Part shown: positions 25,203-39,180 of the stretch, piece by piece
Layout: every line of letters begins with the position of its first letter
Position numbering within the stretch: the first letter of the stretch is position 1
Source of the DNA: Octopus vulgaris
Taxonomy: Eukaryota
Assembly (NCBI GenBank): GCA_951406725.2
Contig: OX597821.1
Location: 59,954,001-60,018,000, forward strand
Direction: 5' to 3'
Length of the DNA stretch: 64,000 bases
Made by a program: the position numbers and the translations under genes
Notes under the pieces: generated by a model
The model's input: the letters and a program-made list of their open reading frames with translations, nothing else
The model's database searches: none
What the model was told of the DNA's origin: nothing

Positions 25203-26368
25203 CATACACTTACAACGAAAGTGCAAGACAGAACAAATGATAGCCAACAACTGAAAGCTTGACTAGTTATTTACAAGCATCAGCTGAATATAAACCTTAT
25301 TTAAGCAATCAATAGCTAAAATCTTAGAAAGCTCCAAGTTATATTCTTCAACAATTCACTTAAATATTTACATAAGGTGGTTTCACAACAGAAGCCTGTT
25401 GGCATGGAAAGATAAATACAAAACATAATAAATACATTATTTCAAAATACACTAAATTTTAGAGGACTTGGATAGATGGATATTTTAAACATCAATTCTT
25501 AGTTAAGAACTTTGGAAAGGAAGTAAAAAAAAAATGTCAAAGATCTCTGGAGATTGTAATGAAGCAGTGTAAAATACAGAATTTAATGTCCTGCTTATTG
25601 ATTTAACTATGCAAAACATTTTATGGCTGGAGGCAGATTTGCAATTAAGGAAATCTTCGCAATATGTCTCATGAGTTTATATACCGAAAGGAAAGCCAAG
25701 GATTAGTATTATCAAATCCATAATCGCATTATATTAGCCACGGACATTGGTTCTGTAGGCACTGACTTCCACTAGATCACCTTATAATTCTTTCATTTTC
25801 AGAGTTGCTGGCAGCATATATAATGACCATATATATAAATATTTTAACAGAAAATACTTTTGATAATGAAGTGAGAGATACAAGGTAATAATACATAAAG
25901 ACACAAGGAAGGTTGTATGGTTAAGAAACTCATTTTGCAACCATGTGGTTTGGGGTTCGGTCCCACTGAACAGCACCTTGCGAAAGTGTCTTTTACTATT
26001 GTCCTCAGTCAAGCAATGTCTTGTAATTGAATTTGGTAGATGGAAACTGAATGGAAGCCTGTCATGTGTACATATAAGTGCATGTGTGTGTGTGTGCTTG
26101 TCCTCTGGCACCACATGACAATCAGTGTTGGCTTGTTTACATCCCCATAACTTAGTGATTTGACAAAAGCAGCCAATCTTAAAAATATAACAAGTACTGG
26201 GGTCAATTTGTTCAACTAAACCCTTTGAGGTGGTACCCAAGCAAGGCTGCAGTCCAATGACTGAAATAAGTAACAAAAATTTTAAATTTCAGTCCAGTTA
26301 TTTTCAAACAATTTTACTGTAGAAAAAACTTTGGATGTTGCTAACTGACACAGGCTTGAAAGGTTTAA

Positions 26369-26588
26369 CCCTTTCAATACCAACCTGGCTGAAACCGCCT
26401 CTGTCTCTGTAGTACAAATGTCTTGTTTTCATAAGTTTTGAATTAAAAATCTTTCACCAAACCTTAGTCATAGTTTACGTTCCTAACACTAACTTAGTGA
26501 TTAAGTTATTTTACTAAATTCTTTGTTATATTTAAATTTAACTGAAAGAAACACAGAGCATCTCAACAGAAACATGGTAACAAAAGGG
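26369..26588. mobile_element. piggyBac-type MITE, subfamily 2
   Basis: TTAA|CCCTTT...AAAGGG|TTAA, 220 bp. Highly similar to 49490-49710 and 49742-49961. Confidence 0.85.
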
Positions 26589-26898
26589 TTAATATATATA
26601 ACAGAGAAACATGACAGGCTTCTTTTAGTTTCTGTCTACCAAATCCACTCACAAGGCTTTGGTTGACCTGAGGCTATAATAGAAGACACTTGCCCAAGGT
26701 GCCATGCAGTGGGATTGAACCCAAGACTACATGGCTGGAAAGCAAGCTTCTTAACCACACAACCACACCTGCACCTACAACAACAACAACAATCTTTTCT
26801 ACTGTAGGCACAAGACCTGGCATCTGAGGGAAGGGTTAGCTGATTACATTGACTCCTCAAAGATGAAAAGTAAAGTCAGCCTCAGTGGGATAATGATG

Positions 26899-26935
<37 letters not shown>

Positions 26936-28416
26936 CAATAATAATAATAATTTCTAACATGGACACAAGGCCAGAAATTCAGAGGATTAGAAGGAGAACA
27001 GTAAATAACATAGATCCCAGTAATTAACTGGTGTTCTATTCTATCAACCCTGGATGGATGAAAAGCAAACTTGGTTTCAGTAGGATTTGATCAAGGGACA
27101 TAAAAATGCCTGGATGAATAAATAACCCTTTATCAAATTAAGATTCTGGTCAACTATAGTTATTCCCAAAATTAATGATTGCAATTCCATTTTAGCCATA
27201 AATATTTGATACAAAAATACAAATGTGCAAATCACCAAACTGTTATGAAGAAACTGAGATTAGATAACAAAAATCTTCAATGCTTCTCACTATTTGTTGT
27301 CTCACTATGTTAAATTGAATGGATCAAGGGCCTTCATTCATCAAATCAAACCAGAACAATTTGCAACAATTTTAAAATTTAGATTAGAAATTAGCTTCAT
27401 CCAATCTTTTGCTTACTCTGTATTCCGAAACAAACAAAAAAAATCTGAAAAGCAGCATGCTTGGAAATCGCTATTTTTTTCCCTTTACAAAATGTTATGA
27501 AATGTGACGTATATAACAAAACAAAAATATAATTTTTCTTTTTTGTGATACAAATGATCTGTACACTAGTTTTAGTTTGCTTTTAATACTGAGCCAAACT
27601 AATTTTCAATGAATCTAGCATACAATTTCAAAAACAAAACCTCATATTAGAATTACAAATTACATTTACAGGAAAAATTGTCAGTTTTTAATGCTTTTAT
27701 AGAGCAATTTTTCATGAACACCATGAAAATTTAAAAGATACAAATAATAACAACAACAATAATAAAATAATAATAATAACGATGATAAAATAAAATTGCA
27801 AAGCGACTTCCACTAGCTTATACATTAGAACTTACAAACGTGTAATGGCCTAAAAACATATGAAAACCTAACAAAATTGGTAAATAAGAGATAACTAAAC
27901 AAGTACAGAGAAAAAGCGTTGACTTCAGTCATGCATGAAAATCTTTTATTCAAAAAGTTTAGAGAGTATTTTGAAAATTTTAAATGCAAATTATAGCTTA
28001 AAGTTGTAGGAGAAAAAAGTCCAGTCTTGAACGGGAAGGCAGTTACTACTGAAAGATGGCTAATATAATGAAGCCAACAGATCAATAAAAAAAAAATACA
28101 TATATATATATATTGATTTGTAAGCGTAAATGGTGTTTAAAAAGAAAAAAGCCAATGAGGAAATCAAACTATCCAGTTAGAAATCTCAGTAAAGATGTAA
28201 AATATTAAAGTTTGTCTCAGTTTGAGGCTATGAGGAATTTTAGATATCTTAAAATAAATAACAAAACAAAAATGATTATGATGTTAATGATGATGATGAT
28301 AATGATGATGATAATAGTGATGAGTACTCTTATAAATCTTCTGGCGATAAAGGTTGCTTTTAACTAACTGAGCACAAGGAGGCTAATTCTGTAGGTGAGG
28401 ATATAATTGTTGGAAA

Positions 28417-28752
28417 TGAAGGCGCATAGCTTAGCGGTGAGTTTATTTGTCTTATGGTCATAAGGCTATGAGTTTGATTCCCAGTGGCATGCTTTGTCCT
28501 TGAGCAAGACACTTTATTTCACATTCCTCCAGTCCACTCAGCTGGCAAAAATGAGTAGTACCTGTAATTCAAAAGGTCAGTCCTGTTACATTGTGTCATG
28601 CTGAATCTCCCTGAGAACTACATTAAGGGTAAGCATGTCTGTGGGATGTTCAGCCACTTGCACATTAATTTCATGAGCAGGTTGTTCTGTTGACTGGATC
28701 AACCGGAACCCTCATCGTCACAGCTGCACTCTATTGGCCAACAGAGTGCCAG
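28417..28752 (+). mobile_element. SINE family C
   Basis: gaaggcgcatagcttagcgg...ccttgagcaagacactttatttcac...agagtgcca. Confidence 0.8.
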
Positions 28753-30550
28753 GTGGAACCACTTAAATTCATGAAATTGAAACTAATGGTTTAATGATTT
28801 AGAACAATAAACAGGTAAGATTTTGCATAACATTTATCGCTTCATTACTATTTCTCTTAAACTACACCGTCTTTGTCTCAATTAATTTTGAAAATAATAA
28901 AGGTGCAGCTGCTTGGTTAAGAAGCAACCACATAGCATTGGGTTAGGTACCATTGTGTGGCACCTTGATCAAGTGTTTTCTACTATAGCCCTGCACTGAC
29001 CACTGTGTTTGGTCAGAGTGAATTTAGCAGATATTACTGTGGAAGCTGGTCGTCTGTTTGTCTATTTATGTATGTATTATGTATATGTATGTATGTATTA
29101 TATACATATATCATCATCATCGTTTAACGTCCGCTTTCCATGCTGGCATGGGTTGGACGATTTGACAGCCGACTGGCGAACCAGATGGTTGCACCAGGCT
29201 CCAATCTGATCTGGCAGAGTTTCTACAACTGGATGCCCTTCCTAACGCCAACCACTCTGAGAATGTAGTGGGTGCTTTTACATGCCACCAGCACGAGGGC
29301 CAGTCAGACGATACTGGCAATGGCCATGGTCAAATGGTGTTTTTTACATGCCACCTGCGCAGGAGCCAGTCCAGTGGCACTGGCAACGACCTCACTCGAA
29401 TGTTTTTTCACTTGCCACTAGCACAAGTGCCAGTACATACACATATATGTATATGCACATGACGGGCTTCTTTCAGTTTCTATCTACTAAATCCATTCAC
29501 GAGGCTTTGGTTGACCCAAGGATATAGTAGAAGATACTTGCCCAAGGTGTCATGCAATGAGATTAAACCTGAGACCACATAGTTGGGAAGCAAGCTTCTA
29601 AAACCATATATCAATTGTTTGTACCCATACCATATATGTTAAATTCTCTGACTACTATTTTCAGTTTTAACAATCTCCATGTATCCTCAACTTATGGTTT
29701 CTATAAAGGTTGTACTAAATTCACATTATTTTTCCACACCTTTCAATATCTGTTACTTTCAGACACCCACGGTATTTTCTGTTTAGCTGATGCTGTCCTG
29801 AATGGCTCTTTTTGTTAATCTTTTGATACATATGAATGACATGAAATATTATTTCCATGTTACACTTTTGTGTAACCTACTTTCTTTGTAAATAACTTTT
29901 CTAAAAATAACACGGTGCATTGTTTAGGAAGTTCGGTGCATTGTTTTGTAACCATGTGAATCTAGGTTCACTCTCACTGTGCAGTAGCCTGAGCAAGTGT
30001 ATTCTGCCATAGCCTCAGTTTGGTTAATACCTTGAGTGGAATTTAGTGTTGTTGGAAACTGTGCAGAAGCCTGCTGTATGTATGTGTCTCTGTACATGTA
30101 GTGTATCTATGTTCATGTATTTCAGTACAGTTGGTTATGCAGTGTCTATTTAAATCTTGTCACTTAGTGGCTTGATAAATGAATATTAATAAAGTAAATA
30201 CCAGAGACTTTAATAAGTACCATACTCTATATAGCATATAAGATGTACTTCTTTCACACAAAAAAGTCTAAAAACAATCATCCCAGGTCCTACATGTGAA
30301 GTTGGGCCTTCCATAAGCTATAATACATTAAAAACATTTTTTTCCCCTCAATATGCACTGCTGGAATTTGGATGCATCTAATATGCCCACATATCCTTTA
30401 TGCCATCAAATATAGTGGTTAGGATCAATACAACTGATTAAACCCTTAAATTCAATGCTCTTGCAGGCTTATGGTTTAACGACTAAAAACCATTATATAT
30501 ATATAATGAAGGGCTGATACAACTGACAATATGCTCCGCTTGAGAAGACT

Positions 30551-30601
<51 letters not shown>

Positions 30602-33600
30602 TACATATTTTCATGTCTGTGTTTGTCCCCCACCATCGCTTGATAACCGATGTTGGTGTGTTTACATAACTTAGCAGTTCGGCAAAAGAGACCGATAGGA
30701 TAAGTACTAGACTTACAAAGAATAAGTCCTGTGGTCGATTTGTTTGACTAAAGACGGTGCTCCAGCATGGCCGCAGTCAAATGACTAAAACAAAAAAAAG
30801 AATATACTTATATATATATATATGTATATGAGAGAGTGTGGGGGCAATAGAATAAGAACAGTAATCTTTCTGATAAAAATATGAAAGAAGAAGACCATAG
30901 ACACAAAGTGGGGAATTTTAGTATTGGAGATTAAACAGAAAATTCTCATGTTTGTGTCACGTTTCATGACTAGTCAGGTCACATTTTTTCTATAGCATTT
31001 GATGGTCCCCAAATTTTCAGTTGCCAGGTTTTCGTATTGGTTCCTAAGAGAGGAAAAAATCTTAACTTATGCTGACAAAATAATTCATCTCTCATTATTA
31101 TCACTTTAAAAAAAAAAAAATAATCACGTGCCTTTTCCTTTTCTTAATTTTATACATACTGAAAATAAGTGTCTAAAGATGAAATGAATAGCTGACATAA
31201 AAAATAAAAATCTGTTTGTTTAATGGTAAATAAACAGTAAAAGTATCAAATTAAATCGTTAGAAATACCAAATAAGATCAAAGTTCTAAAGAGAATATAA
31301 AACAAAAACAAATGTATAAAATATTCAAAATAATTGACACAGTTTCACATCATATCTCATTAGTCGTGGTATTTTTGGGTGAGAGTGTGTGTAAGTCTTT
31401 TAAGTCAATCACAAAAATAGACTACTCTTCATTTCAAAAGAAAGAGTACCTTCAAAAGCAGATAAGTTAGATTTTAACAGATAACTAATTACATTTTTAT
31501 GTACTCAACAATGAAAATTTGCCTTTTATCTGTCCAGCCTGTTGCATTTATTATTATTACTATTATTATATAACTTGCAGTTTGTAATGAAAACCATCTT
31601 GCTCCTAGCTAAACAGGCTTCTGCTGTATTGTTATGTCTTGTAATTACAAGGTACCCTAAAGATCTAGAGTACATGGCTTTCAGAGAACCATGTATCAGG
31701 GACACTTAATGTATAGTTAATACTGTCCCTTTTCTTTATGTACTAAGAGAATTCAGGTGTAAGTTTTAGTTTTGCTACTAAAATAGCCTTGTTACTAAAG
31801 GCCTGTGATTTTTCAACCTTTTCCCTCTCTATAGCACCTTGAATAAGATGCCAATAGTCTTGTGGCAACATCATCAGCTTTTTAAGAGTATTTTTTTCTT
31901 GACCTTTTACTTGTTTCAGTTATTGGATTGCAGCCATGCTGGGGCGATTCCTTGAAAGCTTTAATTAAACAAATGAAGCCCAGCTTTTATTTTTTAAGTT
32001 TGGTCCTTGTTCTAACAGTTTCTTTTCTAAGTGTCAGTGGTAGAAGGGAGAAACACACACACACACACACACAAACAGGTTTCCACACAATTTCTGCCTA
32101 CCAAATTCACTCACAAGGCACTGGTCAGTCTAGGCTTATAGTACAAGACACTTTCCCAAGTTGCTGAGCAGTGGGATTGAACCTGAAACCATGTGGTTGC
32201 AAAGCAAGCTTCTTAACCACACAGTCATAGTTGTTCCAAAATATTAAAAAACAAAAATAAAACAAATGACTGGTTTCAGGTTCAGTCCTGTTGCACAGCA
32301 CCTTGGGCAAGTGTCTTCTACTATAGCCCAAGGCTGACCAGTGCTTTGTGAGTGAACTTATTCTTTTATTCTTTTACCTGTTTCAGCCATTTGACTGTGG
32401 CCATGCTGGAGCACCACCTTTAGTCAAGAAAATTGACTCCAGGATGTATTCTTTGTAAGCCTAGTAATTATTCTATTGGTCTCTTTTGCCGAACCGCTAA
32501 GTTATGGGGATGTAAATACACAAGCATTGGTTGTCAAGCAATGAGGTGGGGGGACAAACACACACACAAACATACATACATACATACATACATACATACA
32601 TACTATATATATATATATATATACGATGGGCTTCTTTCAGTTTCCGCCTACCAAATCCACTCAAGGCTTTGGTCGGACTGAAGCTATAGCAGAAGACACG
32701 TGCCATGCAGTGTGACTGTACCCGGAATCATGTGGTTGGTAAGCAAGCTACATATCACACAGCTACTCAATTTAGTAGACAGAGCCTGTATAAGACAGTC
32801 ACACACACACACACACATACACATTGTACTTTGCAGTAAAGAAATTCATTCGCACTTTAGTGGGAGCATTTAAAAACAATGTTTTAGAATATTCACTTTT
32901 TTTTTTTTTACTTGCCTCCTGAAATTATGGTACACTTACAAAACCATACATGGCTCAATATATTGTGACATGGTGGTTGACGTTTACAATAGACTATCAT
33001 GAAAACAAGCACATCTGTTACTCAAGGGTGTTGTAACATATTTTGTCACTATAGAGTATTCTGAAAAATGTTATTGTGTTTATTGTTATAACAGTCACTG
33101 AAATGTGTGCATTGATCAGACAGACTGTGAACCATAGGAAATGAAGGAGAGTTGGTCAATAGGACAGAGAAACTGGTTTGTAAACAACCTAAGTAGTAGT
33201 AGTAGTAGTAGTAATAGCAGTAGTAGTTCTCTGTATTGAATATATATGCACACCAAACTGGCTGCTGTTAGCAGTGCCTCCTAGAAATGTGTTGATAATG
33301 TTGAAATTCTTAATTAGTTTGAAATGTTTTAAAGCACTTGTGAAGATATAGAACAGTACAGTAGTTATTAATGTCTTAAATTTCAGGGTAAGGTGCTTTA
33401 AAAATTTCAGATAATTGCCAATTTCAAAATAAGAATATTATGTTTCTAAACATTTACGTTGGATTTTATCCACCACTCACTGCTGTGTATTATCTTGCTT
33501 TCTTATCCATTCCCAATTTTAATATAACATTGCCTGGGAAAAGTATTGGAATACTCAATTAAAATCTATGATTTAATGAGCTGTTTGATCGCTTGCATTT

Positions 33601-34548
33601 CTGATTTAAAATCAAGCTTAGGGTCAAATTTTATCCCTTTTGAATTAATAAAGTTACAGTAGCATATGGAAATAAATGATGAAAAGTCTTAATCAAATTC
33701 TTTATGTTGAATTTCTGGCTTCAGCCCAAGTGTTCAAACAGCTGTTCCTGTAACATATTTGCTTGACAAAAGCTGACTAAAAACTACCAGTTTATAATGT
33801 CTTTCCTGGTAAAAGTACATTATTGAAAAATAATTTCAATATACATCTATCTTCTTAAATGCTGGATAGCAACAAACAAAGAAAAAACGAAACCCAGAAT
33901 GATTTTCAATATATTAATTCTATCTAAAATTAAAAACATATTGAAAATACACTTAAGGTTTTTTTTTTTACTTTTTATTATTATCATATCTTCTCTGTAT
34001 CCAAATGTAGTTTAAAATACATATAAACTTATTCTAATGAACACAAGCCTAGCATAAACATGAATTAATTGCTTAAAGCTAAAGCAAATTCTTCAAAAAT
34101 ATTTAAATATGGCAAATGATAGAAAAATTTCTTCAGCTCCACTTAAAAACAATTCTTGCAACATATTCCTACTTGGTAGGTAGATGTTTTTGGCACAGTG
34201 GTGCCATCTATTTGGCATCACTGATTCAATGCTGACTCATTTGACATCAGGCATTTTAATGTTTCTTTTGTTCTCTCTCTCTCTGTTTATGGGTGTGTAC
34301 ATCAAGTTGTGTTTGTATGTATGTACATGTAATATCTCTTACTCTATTTGTAAGTGTATATCTGTAAGCACTAGCATAGCTAGAGCATGTGCTGCCCAGG
34401 GCAGCCCTTCCATTTGCCACCCCCAGAGCCTACAAAAAACACATTATCTACAGCAGACCCAAAAGTGCCCCCACTTTAAAAGTAGTGTTCAGGATAGACT
34501 GCCCCTATCACCCCACCCTAGATATGCCTGTGTCTGTAAGAGTATAAC

Positions 34549-34580
<32 letters not shown>

Positions 34581-36574
34581 CAACTCAAGGGCCAAAAAGT
34601 ACTGTTGCCTAAACAGGTTGAATGTCCAGTCAGCGATACCAATTTGTCAGCATTCAAACAATCATTCCCAATTGTCTCATCTCACCCCCCTGACTGACGT
34701 CAGTGAGGCCTCTGTTTTCAAATACAAATACATCAACAGCCAGAGTTTGTATTTATATTACCAATGATATTAGTTGAATTCATAACCAAGTACACTTCAT
34801 AGGATGATTTATCACCATCATCATCATCATCATTTAACGTGTGCATTCTATGTTGGCATGGGTTGGATGGTTTAACAAGATCTGATGAGATCAAGGACTG
34901 TGTTGTGCTCTAACGTCTGCTTTGGTTTAGTTATTAGTGGCTGGATGCCCTTCCAAATACTAATCACTTTACAATAGAGCATGTACCAAGTGCTCATTTT
35001 GTGCTGCTAGCACTAGTGAGGTCACGAAGCAGCATGCAAGCCTTGGGGGTGGGGAGCTTTATGCTAGGAGAATAAGGGGTAGAATATGAGAGGAAAGGGT
35101 CAGAGCAGAACAGATTTCTTGCCATAGAGAAGATACATGGTTGGTGGTTAGTCCACATTACTCAGTAAGGAGTACAGGGCCAGTTTTCTGGTTTCTCTGG
35201 TATATATATATTCCTTCCAGGATGGGACACCAGTCCATCACAAGATTACTTACTTTTACCAGTGGAATGGACTGGAGCAATGTGAAATGAAGTGTTTTGC
35301 TCAAGAACACAACATATGACCTGGTCCAAGAATCAAAACTACAATCTTATGATCATGAGTCCAACACCCTAACCACTAAGCCATGCACCTCCATGAGAAG
35401 CTATATGACCATTCCCATTTTAGAAGAGCGGGTGGTAGGTGTGTGATTTTTATTCATACATTTAGTTTATTAGATGGGAACTAAATTACCACAAATTGTA
35501 CTCTGAGCTACAACTATATATATATGTTGTTTTCCAAATTATCTCCAAATTCTTTACAACAAAGTAATCTAATTCATTTCCTAAACTAAGAAAAACCATA
35601 TGTAAATTACAGGGAATAGCCCTGTAACTATATAACCTTCAACTAGATCACTGAAAGTTGAATGCAGATGTGATAGTTTAAAATTTCTACAAGAGTACCT
35701 GGAAATATTTTGCAGCTTCCTCAGATTAACCAGGTGAATAGCATAAAATAAGAACTCAAGATTTTATTCTGCAACTCTCATGGTGTTTTTTTGTTGTTGT
35801 TAGGAAATCTTTCTAAGGAGAATACTAATTAAAAGCCAGCAATATTTTGTTTTTCTTAGCTACATTTCCTTCTTTACAAGAATGAAATATGTATAATTCA
35901 TCTACTCAACTCACGATATTACAGGTGTTAATTTTCTGAATCCTGGTAGAACAGAAAGCTAACTTGATAAGACTTGAATAGACTGTTTATGTGTTTATCA
36001 AGAGACAAACAAATATAAAAAGATATGGTGAAATTATAACCCTATGTCCATCAACAGCCTTCATCTTAAAACCTACTCATCACAATAAGAAAATGAAAAT
36101 ACTCTTGAATTATGTATGAAATTTATCTTGTCTTAGGTACATTACAGCTAACTTTTACTGTCCACAATATTTTTGTTTTCTCTCTTTCTCAATGCTCACA
36201 CCAAAATCAATGATTATACAAGGCATTACCATGGATACCACTGATACAGTGGCTCTAGACTGATGAAAGCTGTGTGTTTTAAACATTAAGATATTGGAAA
36301 GTAAAACACACAACACCTAAGTAGTTTAGCTAATGATCTTTGTAATATTTTAAGATTCTAACAACAAATAAACAAAAATAGAATATATTAAAATTACAAG
36401 CAAAAAAAAAAAGAATGTTTTGTTTAGGAAAATAAAAATTTGAAAATATCATCTATTTTTTGATAGTGAGTGTGTAATTTTAAAACCCCACCTACCTCTT
36501 TCAAGGAAGGGAATTGCTTTTGGAAGATACAATAATGGATGCATGCTTTTTTTTCTTTTTACCTTTCTATATTC

Positions 36575-36784
36575 TATTCTTTTATTTGTTTCAGTTATTT
36601 GACTGTGACCATGCTGGAGTACTGCCTTTAGTTGAACAAATCAACCCCAGGACTTATTCTTTGTAAGCCTAGTACTTATTCTATCAGTCTCTTTTGCCGA
36701 ACCACTAAACTACGGGGACATAAACCCACCAACATCGGTCGTTAAGTGATGCTGTGGGGACAAACACAGACACACAAATAAATA

Positions 36785-36827
<43 letters not shown>

Positions 36828-37625
36828 GGCGGCCTTCTTTCAGTTTCCGTCTACTAAATCCACTCACAAGGCTTTAGTCGGCCAGAGGCTATAGTAGAAG
36901 ACACTTGGCCAAGGTGCCACGCAGTGGGGCTGAACCCAGAACCATGTGGTTAGTAAGCAAGCTACTTACCACACAGCCACTCCTATGCCTATATACAATG
37001 CATTTCAATAAATATAATTTTTACTGTTTATTTGTTTCAGTCCTTGGACTGCAACCATGCTGGAGCACTGTCTTGAAGGGCTTAGACAAATTGACCCCAG
37101 TACTTACTTTTTTTAAAGTTTGGTACTTATTCTATTGGTCACCTTCATTGAACTGCTAAGTTACAGGGAGAAATCAAACCAACACTGGTTATCAAACAGT
37201 GAGTGAGGTACAAACTCAAACACAAAGGCTTCCACACAAAGGCTTTCCATCTACCAAATTCACTCTCAAGGATTCAATCCCACTGTGTGGCACCTTGGGC
37301 AAGTGTCTTCTACTTTAGCCTCAGGCCGACAAAAATCTTGTGAGTGGATTTGGTAGAAAGAAATCGAAAGAAGTCCTCTATCCATAGATAAGTGTGTGTG
37401 TGTGTGTATGTGTTTGTGTGTGTGAGTTTATGTTTGTCGCCCACCACTGCTTGACAACTAGTGATGGTGTATTTATGTCCCTGTAACTTAGTGGTTTGGT
37501 TAAAGAGACTGATAGAATAAATAACAAACTTAAGAAAACAAGTACTGGGGGTCAATTTGTTCAATTAAAAATTCTTCAAGGTGGTGCCCCAGCATGGCCA
37601 CAGTCTAATGACTGAAACAAGTAAA
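36575..37625. mobile_element. Three adjacent SINE family A copies (minus, minus, plus)
   Basis: About 36575-36990 (-), 37025-37270 (-) and 37270-37625 (+). Confidence 0.85.
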
Positions 37626-37853
37626 CAATAACTACGTACAAATCAGTCAGTGATTCAGTGTCTTTAGCTATTGTATTCAGTAAAAAGAACCAAGCTAGTG
37701 AGTAAGGCATTACAACAATTAAACAGTCCAGGAAGAAAATTTTTGACATACACATGGCTCATCACACAGAAATACATCCAGATATATTTAATATGATCAA
37801 ACAGACTCCAATGAGACTGGTGTTGGTCTGATTCAGCAAGACTTGTTTTACAT

Positions 37854-38039
37854 AGTAAAATCAACAGAAAGACTTTGCTATGGGGAATGGAAAAATCCAA
37901 TGTTTCAAACCAAGTGCTTCATCAGGGAAAAATTGACAGGAGAGAAATTAATCTCTCTCCTGTCAACTCTGTCCGAAATGTTGGATTTTTCACTCTCCAC
38001 AGCAAAATTACTGCACTTTTTTTTTTGTTGATTTTTACT
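37854..38039. repeat. Fold-back inverted duplication with a central 13-bp hairpin and a minus-strand hammerhead-like core
   Basis: The left arm reverse complement gaaacattggatttttccattccccatagcaaa aligns with the right arm gaaatgttggatttttcactctccacagcaaa. The hairpin is 37933-37945 with 37954-37966. The minus strand reads tcc-CTGATGA-agcacttggttt-GAAAC-ATT-gga. Confidence 0.7.
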
Positions 38040-38124
38040 TGATATATGTAATTGATCAGTCACAATTTATTATTTTGTAAAGGTGAGACAGTATGTAGCA
38101 AAGCCTGTTCAGATTGCGATCTTA

Positions 38125-39180
38125 AGTGGCACTCTGTTGGTTATGACAGCCTACTCAAGAAATTAATGTTTAAGTGGCTGAGTACTCCACAGACACATGT
38201 ACTCTTAGAGTAGTTGTCAGGGAGATTCAGTGTGACACAGAATGCAATAAAGCTGACCCTTTGATTTACAGGTACATCTCATTTTCACCAGCTGAGTGAA
38301 CTGGAACATCATCATCATCAGCAGCATTTAATGTCTGTTGTCCATGCTGGTATGGGTTGGACAGTTTGACTGGGCTGGCATGCTGGAAGGCTGCACCAGG
38401 TTCCAGTCTGATTTAGTATGGTTTTCTATGGCTGGATGTCCTTCCTAATGCCAACCACTCCAAGAGTGTTAATGGGTGCCTTTACATGCTACCAGCACAG
38501 GTGCCAATTTGCATGACACCAGTATCTGCCACGACTGTGATTTTGCTTGACTTGATAGGTCTTCTTCTCAAGCACAACATAATGCCAAAGGTCTTGGTCA
38601 TTGCTTCCATAAAGCCCAACACTCGAAAGGAACCTGGCCACTTTGCCTCCTTGAGACTCATCACTCAAAAGGAACTCAGCTACCTCGCCTCTGTGAGGCC
38701 TGCCCAAAAGGAACTCAGCCACCTTGCCACTGTGAGGTCCAACACTCAAGAGGAACTTAGCCACTTTACCTCCATGAGGCTCATCGCTCGAAAGGAACTT
38801 AGCCACATTGCCTCTGTGAGGTCCAACACTCAAGAGGAACTTAGCCACTTTACCTCCATGAGGCTCATTGCTCGAAAGGAACTTAGCCACATTGCCTCCG
38901 TGAGGCTCAGCACTCAAGAGGAACTCGGCCACTTTGCCTTCATGATGCTCATCACTCGAAAGGAACTCAGCCACCTTGCCTCCATGATGCTCATCGCTCA
39001 AAAAGAACTCAGCCACTTTGCCTCTGTGAGGCCCAACACTTGAAAGGAACTCCTGCCACTTTGCTTCCATGAGGCCCGAAGTGAAATTAAGTGTCTTGCT
39101 CAAGGACAGAAAGCGCTGACAGGAATCAAACTCTCAACCTTACAATCATGAGCTAAACCACCAAGCCATACACCTTCACT
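38125..39180 (-). mobile_element. SINE family C interrupted by a family D element with the 42-bp array (38307-39078)
   Basis: 38125-38306 ends ...gagtgaactggaac and the sequence resumes at 39079 aagtgaaattaagtgtcttgctcaagg, contiguous as in the copy at 25070-25120. Confidence 0.8.
38601..39078. repeat. 42-bp minisatellite, about 11.5 copies, inside a family D repeat
   Basis: The GGAAC anchor recurs at 38629, 38671, 38710, 38752, 38794, 38836, 38878, 38920, 38962, 39004 (AGAAC variant) and 39046. The period is 42, with one unit of 39. Consensus is roughly AAAGGAACTCAGCCACTTTGCCTCCRTGAGGCYCAWCACTCR. Confidence 0.95.

Noticed and set aside
34370-34535. Possible Harbinger-like MITE (gcatagctag ... 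ctagatatgc)
   Set aside because: The ends are too degenerate and no TSD or second copy is visible in the window.
37843-38031. ORF with RLCYGEW resembling a LINE C-terminus
   Set aside because: The segment is one arm of an inverted duplication, so the resemblance is probably chance. The adjacent 37700-37845 may be a LINE relic but is too decayed to call.
38601-39078. CRISPR-like array
   Set aside because: The units are contiguous near-copies with no unique spacers, there are no cas genes, and the context is eukaryotic. It is a minisatellite.
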